Positions 55,701-64,000 of a stretch of 64,000 nucleotides of DNA are shown here, in pieces. This DNA comes from Trypanosoma brucei. Its lineage: Eukaryota. How positions within the stretch are numbered: position 1 is the stretch's first letter; each line of letters starts with the position of its first letter. The stretch is taken from positions 2,016,001 through 2,080,000 of the forward strand of contig CP000070.1 of assembly GCA_000002445.1 (NCBI GenBank), read 5' to 3'. The notes under the pieces are model-generated. The model was not told where the DNA came from, made no database searches, and worked only from the letters and a program-made list of their open reading frames with translations. The translations under genes were made by a program, and so were the position numbers.

Positions 55701-58700
55701 GCTTGTTTGGCGCGGCCCAATACCAAAGAGAGCTGCTGTTGCCGTTAGTGAGGGTTCTTGTGGGCTATATGTTCCTGGTCCGGGCCCATCCGTTCCTAGA
55801 GTGAGCGAAGCGTTTCTTCCTCCCATGGGGAAAGAGTATGCTTGGGAAGAGTCCCATTGCGGATGGTGGGGCATGTACTGCCCGGGTCCAGGGGCTTCGT
55901 CCTCCCCTCTCTCGGTTGCAAAGCGAGGACTTATGGGAAAGGCGGAAACAACGGCTCGGCGATGAGATAAATCTTCCCCAGTGTAGTCGTACTGCCCAGG
56001 CCCAGGGACGTCGCTTCCCTCAAGACTGGGCGCCTCCCGGGTAGCTGTGGGGAAGCGATAGACAGGTGCCGTCGGTGACGTTGTACGCGACGCCCCAACA
56101 TTATACGTTCCTGGTCCCGGCCCTTCCTCATGGTTCAAAGAACCCAAGGCACGTGGTTCGACACCGAACCGTGTGCCTGTAGCTGTGAGTGTGGGGATGG
56201 TGACATCGTAGGCTCCGGGGCCGGGTGTGGTTCCATCGTTCTCGGTAGCATCCTGTGGCATGCGAGGTTCCACTCCAAAAGAGTAGGCTGCTCCACCTAC
56301 CTTGGTGCTTAGGTCCTCCGGATGATATTGGCCAGGCCCGGGAAGAAGTGCGTGTTCTCGTTCCTTCAGATCGAGGACACGTGGCCCCCTGCTGAACACA
56401 GGAACACCAGCAGCCGCTGTGAGGGTTCCACGATCTTCTATTGAATAGTATCCAGGTCCCGGAGTGACGTCGTTGTCACCACCTGCAGCAGCCCCCGCAA
56501 CATTGTCGAACCGGGGTGCTGTTGTGAAGGAGACCGGACCGACTGGTGACGCGCCTCCAGTGGTCGGGTCTAACGAATACGCTCCGGGTCCCGGGATGCT
56601 CCAACTGTCTTCATGAGACTGTAGACGAGGTGCCATGCCAATTATGGCGGAGCGCGCACAAGAGGCCTTGCTATCGTGGGGATTGTAGTGACCCGGACCA
56701 ACCGCCAACTCGCCGTGCCGCTCCTCCTGTATTCGTCCATCCGCGGCGCTACCGAACGTGGTGTGAAAGGTGTGCGGGACGGGAAGGATAACTTCGTATG
56801 ATCCTGGACCGACACCGGGTCGCATAAGCGCTTCACGCTCTTCTGGTGATGTCGGGTGTTGCGGCGACGAACCAAAGACTACACCTGGGATCGTGCGTCC
56901 ATGTGGGTCTTTTGGAGCATACGCCCCAGGACCAGGGACAGCCTCTGCGGGATCAGCCCGCTGGGACGGTTTGCCACAAGATATGCCGAAGTTCACGACA
57001 TTAGTTGGGGTTGGGCTCTGCCGAGTGTCATATGCTCCAGGACCCGGTACCTCATTAAGTGTATCGGCAGCAAACCTGGGACCGGCGCTCCACACTGCCC
57101 CCGATGCAGGACCTTTAGGCACTTGGGGATCGTATGAACCTGGTCCAATCCCGTCGTTGCCATCGTGGTTCCCCACGGAGTGGTCGATGGTTAAAAGGCG
57201 TGGCTCTGTGCCAAACACTGCCGCCCCCCTGTACTCCGGAGGTCTCTCTATTGTGTAGGCCCCTGGTCCTGGGACATCTTGACGATCTTTTTCCCCACCG
57301 CTAGTCTGAAACCTTGCAGCTTCACCAATCACAACGGCCCGGGTGTTCGGCATCGGATCTTGTGGATCGTATTCTCCGGGTCCGGGAACTGACACACTGG
57401 GCTCTGGGCCGTCAAGTTTCTGACCGATTGAAAAAGACGGGCTATTCTTCGGCATGGCGATCTCGTACGCACCCGGGCCTGGTTTTTTTGCAGCTTCATC
57501 CTCGTTGAATGGTAATTCTCGTGGGGCACTTCCGAAGACAGCGGCACGGCCCCTCGTTCCCACATCCCCACAATCAGCATCGTAGTGTCCTGGTCCGGGG
57601 GTGGCCACCACACCGGCAGCCCCTTCAGCACCCGGTTCGCTACTCTCCGCAAATCGCGGTGCGGCGGCATTTAATAGAGGCGACACGACCCGTGGCTCCT
57701 GTACAGTGGTAAGTGCTGTGTAAGTGCCTGGCCCCGGCACATCAGCACAGCAGTCGAAGCCAAGCGTTGATACTCGTTGTGCGGTACCCATGATGGCAGA
57801 CCGCACGGGACTGGTCTGTCTCTCTGTCTCGTAAGTTCCCGGTCCGGGGAGCGTCTCAGCAACTTTCGTCCCTTCGTGCAGCACACGCGGCGCTGTAGGG
57901 AATAAGGGCGCAGAGGAATGCGAATGTTTTAGCTCATATGTGGAAACACTGTACTCACCAGGTCCTGGGGTAGGATGGGGCTCGAGAGGTGCCGAGGGCG
58001 ACTCCGACACAAGCCACCGTGGACCGGTAGACATTTGTGGCAATTCGTAGTGGCCGGGACCAGGCGTTGTATCCACCCGCTCTGCTGGTCGGCGTCCCAT
58101 AAGGTAGGCTGGACCACTTTCCCTCCTGACGGGTTCATATGCCCCAGGTCCAGGTACTTCATGAGGGGAAGTGCGCTCCTTGCTCCACGGAGATCCACCA
58201 CGTCTTACGTTCGTTATCACGGCACTGCGACCACTGACGGCTGTGCACCTGTCGCTTGGCACAGAAGCGGTATCGTACGTGCCTGGACCTGGTACGTTCG
58301 CTGGTTCAGAAGGTGGTGAAGAAGTGAGTGGCACTCGTCCATAACGTAGTAACTTCGCACGACCAAATGAGAAAGCAGGAGGGCTCCTCCGCCGCGCGTC
58401 GGAGAGTGTCGCGGCTTCTGGGTGATATTCGCCAGGTCCTGGTATGAGCACCGCCTCCTTTGTGGGAAGTATAGAAAGCTGACGACGACTACTCGATAGG
58501 GTGCGGGCACTTTTCTTTGATGAGGTTTCTGTCATACTCTTTTCCTTGACGTCGTACGCTCCGGGCCCGGGAAAATTATTGACAGCATGCAACTTTCGTT
58601 CTGCCCGTCCAATTAGCACCCCCCCAGTGGCCGTTTTCCCGGGGGACAATGCAGACATACCTAATTCACCAGACACATCGTACGCCCCAGGACCCGGTGA

Positions 58701-59975
58701 CACCCCCGCCGAGGCACCATCAACTCGTTTTGTTGGTTTCAAGTATGAAGGCACGCTGCCATGTACGTCTGAGTCTCCCACTGCCCGCTGACCGCTTCGG
58801 ACTTCCTCCTCACTTCTGCCGCGCCTTCGTTGACTGGAGCGGTGCTTCGGATGTGTATTAGTGTCAGATGTGTCTACAGCGAAAATAGTGCACCGAGGTG
58901 AAATTCCGAATACGGCACCCCGATTGGAGAGCCGTCCTACAAGCCGCGGCGACACCACCGAGGGAGATTTCTGAAAACTATCATGTGCCTTTGTCGCACC
59001 GCTTTTTTTGTTGCTATTTTTCTTTGTGCTGCTGCCGCAAGGTTGAGCAGCCTCACTGCCGGAGTTGCTGCGGCTGCTGGTGTGATCGTCATTGTCCCCC
59101 TCTGTACACACTGTTCTCAGTGACTGACAAGGGCAGTCGGACGCGTGAGCCGCGGGATTCTTCGGTGCGTCGATATCAGGCATTTGCTTCCAATAACACT
59201 GACAGAGTATTTCCATTTGTCTCTTGAGTAGCTCATTCTTCTCCGCCTTCTGTTCCACCACCTCAACCCCCGTGTGATGTGGACCGCTTGTGTGACTTTT
59301 CTTACTATGCCCAGCTTCAGCACCCCGTCCGCGGTAGCAGTCCCCACTGTCGTTATTGCTGTCATCCGCAATGAAGTACGATCCGGGCCCTGGTGACGTA
59401 TCTTTTCGTATCGGTTCAGACATCCCCTTCCGACCACTTCCGAATGTAGATGGGGGGAAGCGATGCTGTGAACTTCTAGTGACCGTAGCAGCATTAACCA
59501 CCCGACCAGTCGGAGTGCTATAAGGTATCTTCACTTTCTCCGCTGATGCCTCATGAGGCCGACGGCACTTTGTAGCAGCCAACTGGGAGTTGTGACGACG
59601 AACGTGCTGGCATCCGGAAGACGCCTTGGGGCCCATGGACGTGCACTCGTGAGCACACGAGCACCCACATTGAGATGCGCAAGTCTCTGCAGCTTCGTCA
59701 GGCTCCTTCGTCTCCGTTGCTGGAAGTGCGCATCTTGTCTCTGGTTTTGGTGGTGCCGCTGATGCGCAAGAGGACGCAGCCTGCGTACCTCGCTGCTTGA
59801 AGTGGTGAGCTGCCCCGCGCGTGGGAGCCCCTTTTCTGGCTGCAGCCGCTTCCTTCTCCATTATCATATCGACGGAGGCCAAAATACTCGCGTACATAAC
59901 ATCTACTTGCGCTTGGACATCGTTCACATCGACATCATTCTCCTTCACTAGCGACAACTTACTGTACGTATCCAT
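52788..59975 (-). CDS. giant PGPG-repeat protein (sperm-tail PG-rich repeat / STPGR-type), 2395 aa, probable flagellar/cytoskeletal protein
   Basis: More than 60 degenerate ~35-aa repeats, each with the core (D/E)(V/A/I)PGPG(S/A/T/E/H)Y. In the C-terminal third they become very regular: YLEQxQAGPxFTLKGKxxxxxxxxxDVPGPGSYDxNR. The PGPGxY core is the defining motif of STPGR repeats. Confidence 0.7.
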   Translation of the reverse strand: MDTYSKLSLVKENDVDVNDVQAQVDVMYASILASVDMIMEKEAAAARKGAPTRGAAHHFKQRGTQAASSCASAAPPKPETRCALPATETKEPDEAAETCASQCGCSCAHECTSMGPKASSGCQHVRRHNSQLAATKCRRPHEASAEKVKIPYSTPTGRVVNAATVTRSSQHRFPPSTFGSGRKGMSEPIRKDTSPGPGSYFIADDSNNDSGDCYRGRGAEAGHSKKSHTSGPHHTGVEVVEQKAEKNELLKRQMEILCQCYWKQMPDIDAPKNPAAHASDCPCQSLRTVCTEGDNDDHTSSRSNSGSEAAQPCGSSTKKNSNKKSGATKAHDSFQKSPSVVSPRLVGRLSNRGAVFGISPRCTIFAVDTSDTNTHPKHRSSQRRRGRSEEEVRSGQRAVGDSDVHGSVPSYLKPTKRVDGASAGVSPGPGAYDVSGELGMSALSPGKTATGGVLIGRAERKLHAVNNFPGPGAYDVKEKSMTETSSKKSARTLSSSRRQLSILPTKEAVLIPGPGEYHPEAATLSDARRRSPPAFSFGRAKLLRYGRVPLTSSPPSEPANVPGPGTYDTASVPSDRCTAVSGRSAVITNVRRGGSPWSKERTSPHEVPGPGAYEPVRRESGPAYLMGRRPAERVDTTPGPGHYELPQMSTGPRWLVSESPSAPLEPHPTPGPGEYSVSTYELKHSHSSAPLFPTAPRVLHEGTKVAETLPGPGTYETERQTSPVRSAIMGTAQRVSTLGFDCCADVPGPGTYTALTTVQEPRVVSPLLNAAAPRFAESSEPGAEGAAGVVATPGPGHYDADCGDVGTRGRAAVFGSAPRELPFNEDEAAKKPGPGAYEIAMPKNSPSFSIGQKLDGPEPSVSVPGPGEYDPQDPMPNTRAVVIGEAARFQTSGGEKDRQDVPGPGAYTIERPPEYRGAAVFGTEPRLLTIDHSVGNHDGNDGIGPGSYDPQVPKGPASGAVWSAGPRFAADTLNEVPGPGAYDTRQSPTPTNVVNFGISCGKPSQRADPAEAVPGPGAYAPKDPHGRTIPGVVFGSSPQHPTSPEEREALMRPGVGPGSYEVILPVPHTFHTTFGSAADGRIQEERHGELAVGPGHYNPHDSKASCARSAIIGMAPRLQSHEDSWSIPGPGAYSLDPTTGGASPVGPVSFTTAPRFDNVAGAAAGGDNDVTPGPGYYSIEDRGTLTAAAGVPVFSRGPRVLDLKEREHALLPGPGQYHPEDLSTKVGGAAYSFGVEPRMPQDATENDGTTPGPGAYDVTIPTLTATGTRFGVEPRALGSLNHEEGPGPGTYNVGASRTTSPTAPVYRFPTATREAPSLEGSDVPGPGQYDYTGEDLSHRRAVVSAFPISPRFATERGEDEAPGPGQYMPHHPQWDSSQAYSFPMGGRNASLTLGTDGPGPGTYSPQEPSLTATAALFGIGPRQTSGGLNNLSGQNHPGPGHYNPALPTDTPSVIFGTAQRDVANTGGIEDAPGPGSYDLRVENREGIAYSIGRAAAQDRMAVDMQKAELPGPGTYSVQPAFPAVDGGSGATSFVKAARFPDGQAAQTEGPGPGAYSIQSAQRTSGPFIGRAPRVATGVGANNNDLREQPGPGHYEVSSGGLGSIVDGGVAMRFTSERFPGLSGGAVGESPGPASYSPAEARGTKDGVSFPQAPRHSPAELNDASSRPGPGDYDIPSTWNTTAGNTYSFGAEERMKAPTVDADVPGPGSYDTNRYLNAYQAGPAFTLKSKPGQNENGGDLPGPGSYDASRYIDESRAGRAFTLRGKSTFNGSSGNGDVPGPGSYDPNRYLEQCQAGPSVSLRGKAAPVGGHDADVPGPGSYDASSYLERCQMGPAFSLKGKPTCVDENSAGIPGPGSYDANRYLEQFQSGPAFTLRGKGACNGNDSEADVPGPGSYDPNRYLEQHHAGPSFTLKGKATYNGENGIDAPGPGSYDINRCMEQSQAGPSFTLRGKPSDTGQKGPDIPGPGSYDASQYLERCQAGPAFTLRGRDAFNSNSADGDVPGPGSYDVNRYLKQCQSGVSFTLKGKSAQNDNEADAPGPGSYDPNRYLEQHHAGPSFTLKGKATYNGENGIDAPGPGSYDINRYMELCQAGPAFTLKGKASQVEGSADVPGPGSYDVSRYTEQFQSGPAFTLKGKQVTSDGVDADVPGPGSYNVSSYAEQFKPGPAFTVKGKPSGAAENSDGLPGPGSYDTDRYMQQCHSGPAFTLKGKPTYGDGRQTEDVPGPGAYCPRPTETTRAVSFGPLPTVDSTAVFEVRVNATPGPAAYVIPSTLNQKAVPFGAAEREVQCRAEDVPGPGAYLTGGPVVLKPGPAFTFGRGPRSMTLESAQEDAPGPGEYHHPVDARPTVLAFTFASADRFAEFEAGNGVGPGEYYHPYPTETHGGPAFRFPKSMRAA
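53725..53880. repeat. intragenic repeat within the PGPG-repeat gene, unit 1 of an identical pair
   Basis: A ~150 bp stretch (gcgattgatatc...taactgccaggtcccggagcatcaataccattctcgccattatacgtggccttgccctttagggtaaacgacggccctgcgtggtgttgttcgaggtaacgattcggatcgtagctccccggacctgga) recurs at 54169-54324. Neighbouring repeat units differ substantially at the DNA level. Confidence 0.75.
54169..54324. repeat. intragenic repeat within the PGPG-repeat gene, unit 2 of the identical pair
   Basis: See 53725-53880. The protein shows DVPGPGSYDPNRYLEQHHAGPSFTLKGKATYNGENGIDAPGPGSYDINR twice. Confidence 0.75.
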
Positions 59976-60514
59976 ACAAATGTCCCTGCGTGATAGTGTG
60001 AATTATTGAAAAAGATAAAGGCAACAATGTAGCAATCAGTGGTTTTAGGGGAAACGGTACTTGCACGCGCAGCGACGCACGGAAGGTGGTGGGGACAAAC
60101 AAACAAGTGCCGCCCCTACAATAATAGTAATAATAACGATAATAATAGCGGTAATATAGGGGGTAATAACAGATTCCAAGGAAACGTACGCTCAAAATTC
60201 AGAAGGTGCTTTGGTCTGCAAGCAGTAACTCACCGTGGATTAATACACACGGTTTCATACTAGCAACTCAAGAAAAGCACCTGCACTTGCACATGCATGA
60301 AAAATAGAAATAAAAAAAAATTAAAGTAATTTGAGAAAATAAGCAACCGTAACCGTAAATAATGAAACTACTGCACCGTCTCAAATAATTCATTCGTACC
60401 GAACCCTCCTAAGAGAAAAAAAAAACGTACGACGCAAACACATCCCTCTCAGAACCATTCCTTCCCTGCGTTAATCCGCGTCGTTTCCCCTCCTTTTCCC
60501 CACGTCTGCTTGCT

Positions 60515-62605
60515 TCACAGTCCGTATATACGGGACTTGCGCGGGGCGTCTATCACGAAGGAAAAATCAACTCTTCGTGACTCTCCAGGCTTAAGAACAA
60601 CTTCGATGTTCACCTCTCCTTCCGTCTCGAAGCCCCGTCTCTTTTCCTCGTCGTCAACTGCGTAATTTGCAGGCTCAATGAGCTGCACGACGAGCTCTTC
60701 GTCATCCGACTTGGGTATGTGTTCCCGCAACGTTAGCGTCACAGTCTCCATCGGCTTTTTGTTTGTGAGCGTAGTGGTGTAGGAGTACGTGACGCGACTC
60801 CTTCCGTTGGATCCGGGGAGACTGAATCCGAGAAATTTATCAGCATCATCGTGCTTTTTGGTGAGGAAATCCCTGCGAACCTCGATGCTGGGGTCCACGC
60901 CAAAGTAAATTCTCAGCTTCTCCCCGGGTGGGGTGCGTTCAAGCATGGAATTGGCGACAAAATCACCATCGAGCTGCACAGATGCTTTACCGGCAAGTAT
61001 CAGTAACGCACCCTCACTGTCGTTTGTCCCTTCGTTCGTGCACGTTGCCGTAGCATAAGCAGCTTCCGATACACCGGGTACAGTAACATAATTCACCTCC
61101 GCCTCCCAGCGGCGGGTGGCGATGGGGACTCGAAGCTCCGTCTGTGCGTCCACGGCAGATCGAGTCAAGGCCCGGATTGAGTAGCGACCCGGCAATGTGA
61201 AGTTCATCACACCTCCGGGTCCATCTTCGTTGCCAGCCACATTCCAAGGTTCATCCGGTAGCTCTTGCTCGTCATCGCTACTGTCGCTGCTTTCACCCGA
61301 AGCGTCACCGAAGGGCCCAGCGGGTTTGCCCTCCTTAGCATTACCAGTACTGGAGGTGCCACACGAATTTACTCCGGAGACTTCTAGCCGCCATGGCTTA
61401 AGTTTGGCCCCCCTTCCGGCATGACGCCGTGGTGCCGCTGAAGAAAGTGTAAGGGCCACATCATCGAAGTCCTCCACGCCGCCAGAGACAACAGCATTGT
61501 ACTGAAGTGTTACCTCACGTTTTTGGCTGTCTAGGGCAACTTCATACTCACACCGCCAGGAGGCATCGTGCGAAATATACAACACAAACACCGTCGACTC
61601 TAATATCCTTTCCATTGTTCTCACCACAATACAGCAAAAGCGATGACGACCCGCGGAAGCCGATGACTCTCTCGTACTTGTTGCCTCCACGTCTGGTATA
61701 TCTAACCACCGCAGAGCAGTGTTGCGTTCTCCCTCAACTTCAAAGATACGGCGGTTCATTAGTTCGATTTGACGTTCAATATCCATCTCCTCCTTCTCCA
61801 GCTGCGTGTCCTCACTCTGCAGCCGCCGCTTCTCTTTGAGGTACTGTCGTGTCCGTTCCTCCACGCCGTCAATCTGCATCTTCCAAAAATCTGTCACCAG
61901 GGCGTCAGCGAGTTCATCGGTGAGGGGGCCGCACGCGCGGTCGAATAAATTCGTGGCTATATCTACCCCGTGGTTCAGTTCCTCCTGCTGAAGTTTGTTC
62001 ACAGCCCGTTTCCTTACCACCCGCTCTAACTTCGCCTCCATGGTACGGAGATCCTTTTTCACATTCAGCGCATCCTCGGCAACACCTTCGTGGCTGCCGT
62101 CCGTGGCGGGATCCTCTTCAATGTTCTCGAAGAACACCCCACAGACGAGAACGCGCTCGCTAGTGTACGCATCGAAGCGAACCTGCACCGAGTCTTGATC
62201 AAATGACGGGGGCATAGCGAAGTAAATGTGCACCTCCCTTCCCTCCACTTCTTCTTCTTCCAAGTCTTCCTTGTTTTTTTCATTAACCAGGCGCCGTTGT
62301 GGTTCTACAACTCCACTGGGGTAACTTCCTGCATCTGTTTCCACCTTGACACTACTATTACTACTGTCCCTGGTATTGGCAGTGACGTCACGAACACTCA
62401 TTTGGTCCACAACGTCCGTGGAGGCAACCGGGGTATTCGCTGGCGTGCGGGGAGAAGTGTTTATGGTGTCGTCGAATGGCAGCTTTATCTTCGCGTAGCG
62501 CCGTACATGTGCCTGTCCCTTGTACATCGTGACTGCGTCCACCTTGGAGGCCGTGCGAATAATATCCGCACTCCAGTTGCCATTACCACTTGGCAGGGAT
62601 GACAT
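60515..62605 (-). CDS. conserved hypothetical protein (N-terminal beta-rich domain, central coiled coil, C-terminal beta-rich domain)
   Basis: 696-aa ORF with normal, non-low-complexity composition. Central heptad region (LNVKKDLRTMEAKLERVVRKRAVNKLQQEELNH..., LQSEDTQLEKEEMDIERQIELMNRRIFEVEGER). The architecture is reminiscent of DUF4140/DUF4139-type proteins, but I cannot confirm this without a profile search. Confidence 0.45.
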   Translation of the reverse strand: MSSLPSGNGNWSADIIRTASKVDAVTMYKGQAHVRRYAKIKLPFDDTINTSPRTPANTPVASTDVVDQMSVRDVTANTRDSSNSSVKVETDAGSYPSGVVEPQRRLVNEKNKEDLEEEEVEGREVHIYFAMPPSFDQDSVQVRFDAYTSERVLVCGVFFENIEEDPATDGSHEGVAEDALNVKKDLRTMEAKLERVVRKRAVNKLQQEELNHGVDIATNLFDRACGPLTDELADALVTDFWKMQIDGVEERTRQYLKEKRRLQSEDTQLEKEEMDIERQIELMNRRIFEVEGERNTALRWLDIPDVEATSTRESSASAGRHRFCCIVVRTMERILESTVFVLYISHDASWRCEYEVALDSQKREVTLQYNAVVSGGVEDFDDVALTLSSAAPRRHAGRGAKLKPWRLEVSGVNSCGTSSTGNAKEGKPAGPFGDASGESSDSSDDEQELPDEPWNVAGNEDGPGGVMNFTLPGRYSIRALTRSAVDAQTELRVPIATRRWEAEVNYVTVPGVSEAAYATATCTNEGTNDSEGALLILAGKASVQLDGDFVANSMLERTPPGEKLRIYFGVDPSIEVRRDFLTKKHDDADKFLGFSLPGSNGRSRVTYSYTTTLTNKKPMETVTLTLREHIPKSDDEELVVQLIEPANYAVDDEEKRRGFETEGEVNIEVVLKPGESRRVDFSFVIDAPRKSRIYGL

Positions 62606-63836
62606 TTGTATGGAATGACGACACGGGATAATATCAAAAATAACGGACGATATTACGCGTATATGTTTGTTTGCATCCTAATAGCGTTTTCCGTTTATTA
62701 ACGGGTTTGCAAACGGTGACCGGTAAGTGGTGGGGAAAGGAGAAATGCAAAAGAAAAAAGAAGCGATTGTGGTAAAAAACTCACACACACCAAATGTATA
62801 CACAAACGTATATATACGCGGTGTGTGTGTGTGGGGAATGCACAGGGAAGTTCTTGTATATTTTTCGGTTACAGGGAATCACTACGGGTCCTGCGCCGGA
62901 TCTTCGCCTTGCATATCTCCCCTTTCTTTCTTTCTCCCTCTCTTGATATGCACATGCTACCGATATCACTGACTGAATCAAGTGAGAGCTCCCCCCAATC
63001 CCGGGAAGATTTCCTCCCTTTTGTGGGTAACGCGTTCACGCATCATCCTAACCTCAAGCCTTCCAACACGGTTATATTTGCAGGCAGTATGATCTCCATC
63101 GGTTCCTCACAAGCCGTGATCTGCATTATTCTCCCGTTCACACACCTCCTCGCTTTTGCCACAAAGACTGCTGTTTCGTTACTGCATTCAATAGTTACCG
63201 CCTCACGACATCATTCCAATAACCAACACCTTACCGTCCAATTGCGGTTGCTGCCCTTTCGAACCTCTTCGTGTATGTGGAGGCGCATGAACACTTCCCC
63301 CCCCCCCCAACAACAACAGAACAACAAAGACAGCACACATGTACACGTTTGTGTCTCACGCACGTGCGCTCTCCACCACATCACATATTTGCCAAGTTAT
63401 GCATACAAGTTTGTATTCGCGCTTGCGGCAAGACATACAGGCCAGGCGGGCAAGGGGGAGGGGAGCTACAGTACTGTGTGATTTTACGCTACGAAAACAT
63501 GGAATTGGCTGACCATTAACTTGCAAAAACAGAGAAAAAACGATTGCAACCGAACGCATAAGGCGCAAGAGACCGAGCATGCTGCAGACGGCATAAAAAT
63601 AAATCATATCCAGTACACTAGGCAAAAAAGACATACAATACACGAACCAATTCACTGACTGCCACAATGACACTTTCACTCCAATGTACACCCAGAAACG
63701 TAATTCTCCCTTTCCATTCGTTCTTCCCCTATCTAGCTCCCTATTTGTTTTTCTATGAAAATGTTCATGTATGAGTTTTTTCTATCGTTATCGCAATTGT
63801 GCATAGAACGACCGTGCAGCAACATAACTTTGCTAT

Positions 63837-64000
63837 TGTTCGTGAGAGGCAGGCACCGCCGAAGTTACGACTTCACCGCCCCTCGACGCAGTTCCCCTTA
63901 GAGCCGTCTCTGCAGGAGTTTCATATAGCGATTTCTTCTCTAACCGTACGAGTAACTGACTGCTCTTCACACCAGTTAGAAGTTCTAACAACCACAGCTC
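63837..64000 (-). CDS. possible C-terminal end of a further minus-strand gene entering from the right edge
   Basis: Minus-strand frame reads ELWLLELLTGVKSSQLLVRLEKKSLYETPAETALRGTASRGGEVVTSAVPASHEQ and stops at TAG (cta at 63834-63836). No start in window. Only 54 codons, so this is weak. Confidence 0.25.

Noticed and set aside
62825-63481. 218-aa plus-strand ORF in the right-hand intergenic region.
   Set aside because: It has the opposite orientation to the unidirectional gene array. Composition is odd (poly-Q, HVHVCV), there is no motif, and it overlaps a GC-rich stretch that more likely belongs to the 5' region of the upstream minus-strand gene.

Overview
This 64 kb window looks like trypanosomatid nuclear DNA, most likely an African Trypanosoma (T. 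brucei-group-like). GC is about 45-50 %, and intergenic tracts are long, AT-rich and low-complexity with (AC)n/(TA)n/(CAA)n microsatellites. There are no bacterial signals. Every convincing protein-coding ORF lies on the minus strand, so the window reads as a single unidirectional polycistronic transcription unit. All product calls come from motif recognition; no searches were run.

Genes, in plus-strand coordinate order:
- a 5'-partial hypothetical gene running off the left edge
- an SFT2/Got1-like 4-TM protein
- a MYND zinc-finger protein
- a MAM33/p22-like protein
- a small presequence-bearing membrane protein
- a 1298-aa Ser-rich basic hypothetical
- a cysteine-containing LRR protein (LRRP/ESAG8-like repeats)
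- a kinesin
- TYW1 (flavodoxin + radical-SAM wybutosine enzyme)
- a Vta1/LIP5-like ESCRT cofactor
- a coiled-coil hypothetical
- a dual-specificity phosphatase with a large insert in the catalytic domain
- a PHO80-like cyclin
- a tRNA-Ala(CGC) with a T4 terminator
- a second, 99 %-identical copy of the LRR gene
- a 1318-aa Pro/Gln/Ser/Arg-rich hypothetical
- a 2395-aa protein built of about 60 PGPG (sperm-tail PG-rich / STPGR-type) repeats
- a 696-aa conserved hypothetical
- a possible C-terminal fragment at the right edge

The most unusual structure is a composite segmental duplication. A 2.9 kb block carries the LRR gene, its downstream intergenic region and the first 53 codons of the next gene (16297-19237). 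It is copied at 43918-46858 and is fused directly to a copy of a non-adjacent 0.3 kb piece, the last 48 codons plus 3' flank of the kinesin (22136-22460 copied at 43585-43910). The junction matches that of a tandem or circular intermediate and creates a chimeric pseudo-ORF. The tRNA-Ala lies immediately beside it inside the Pol II unit.
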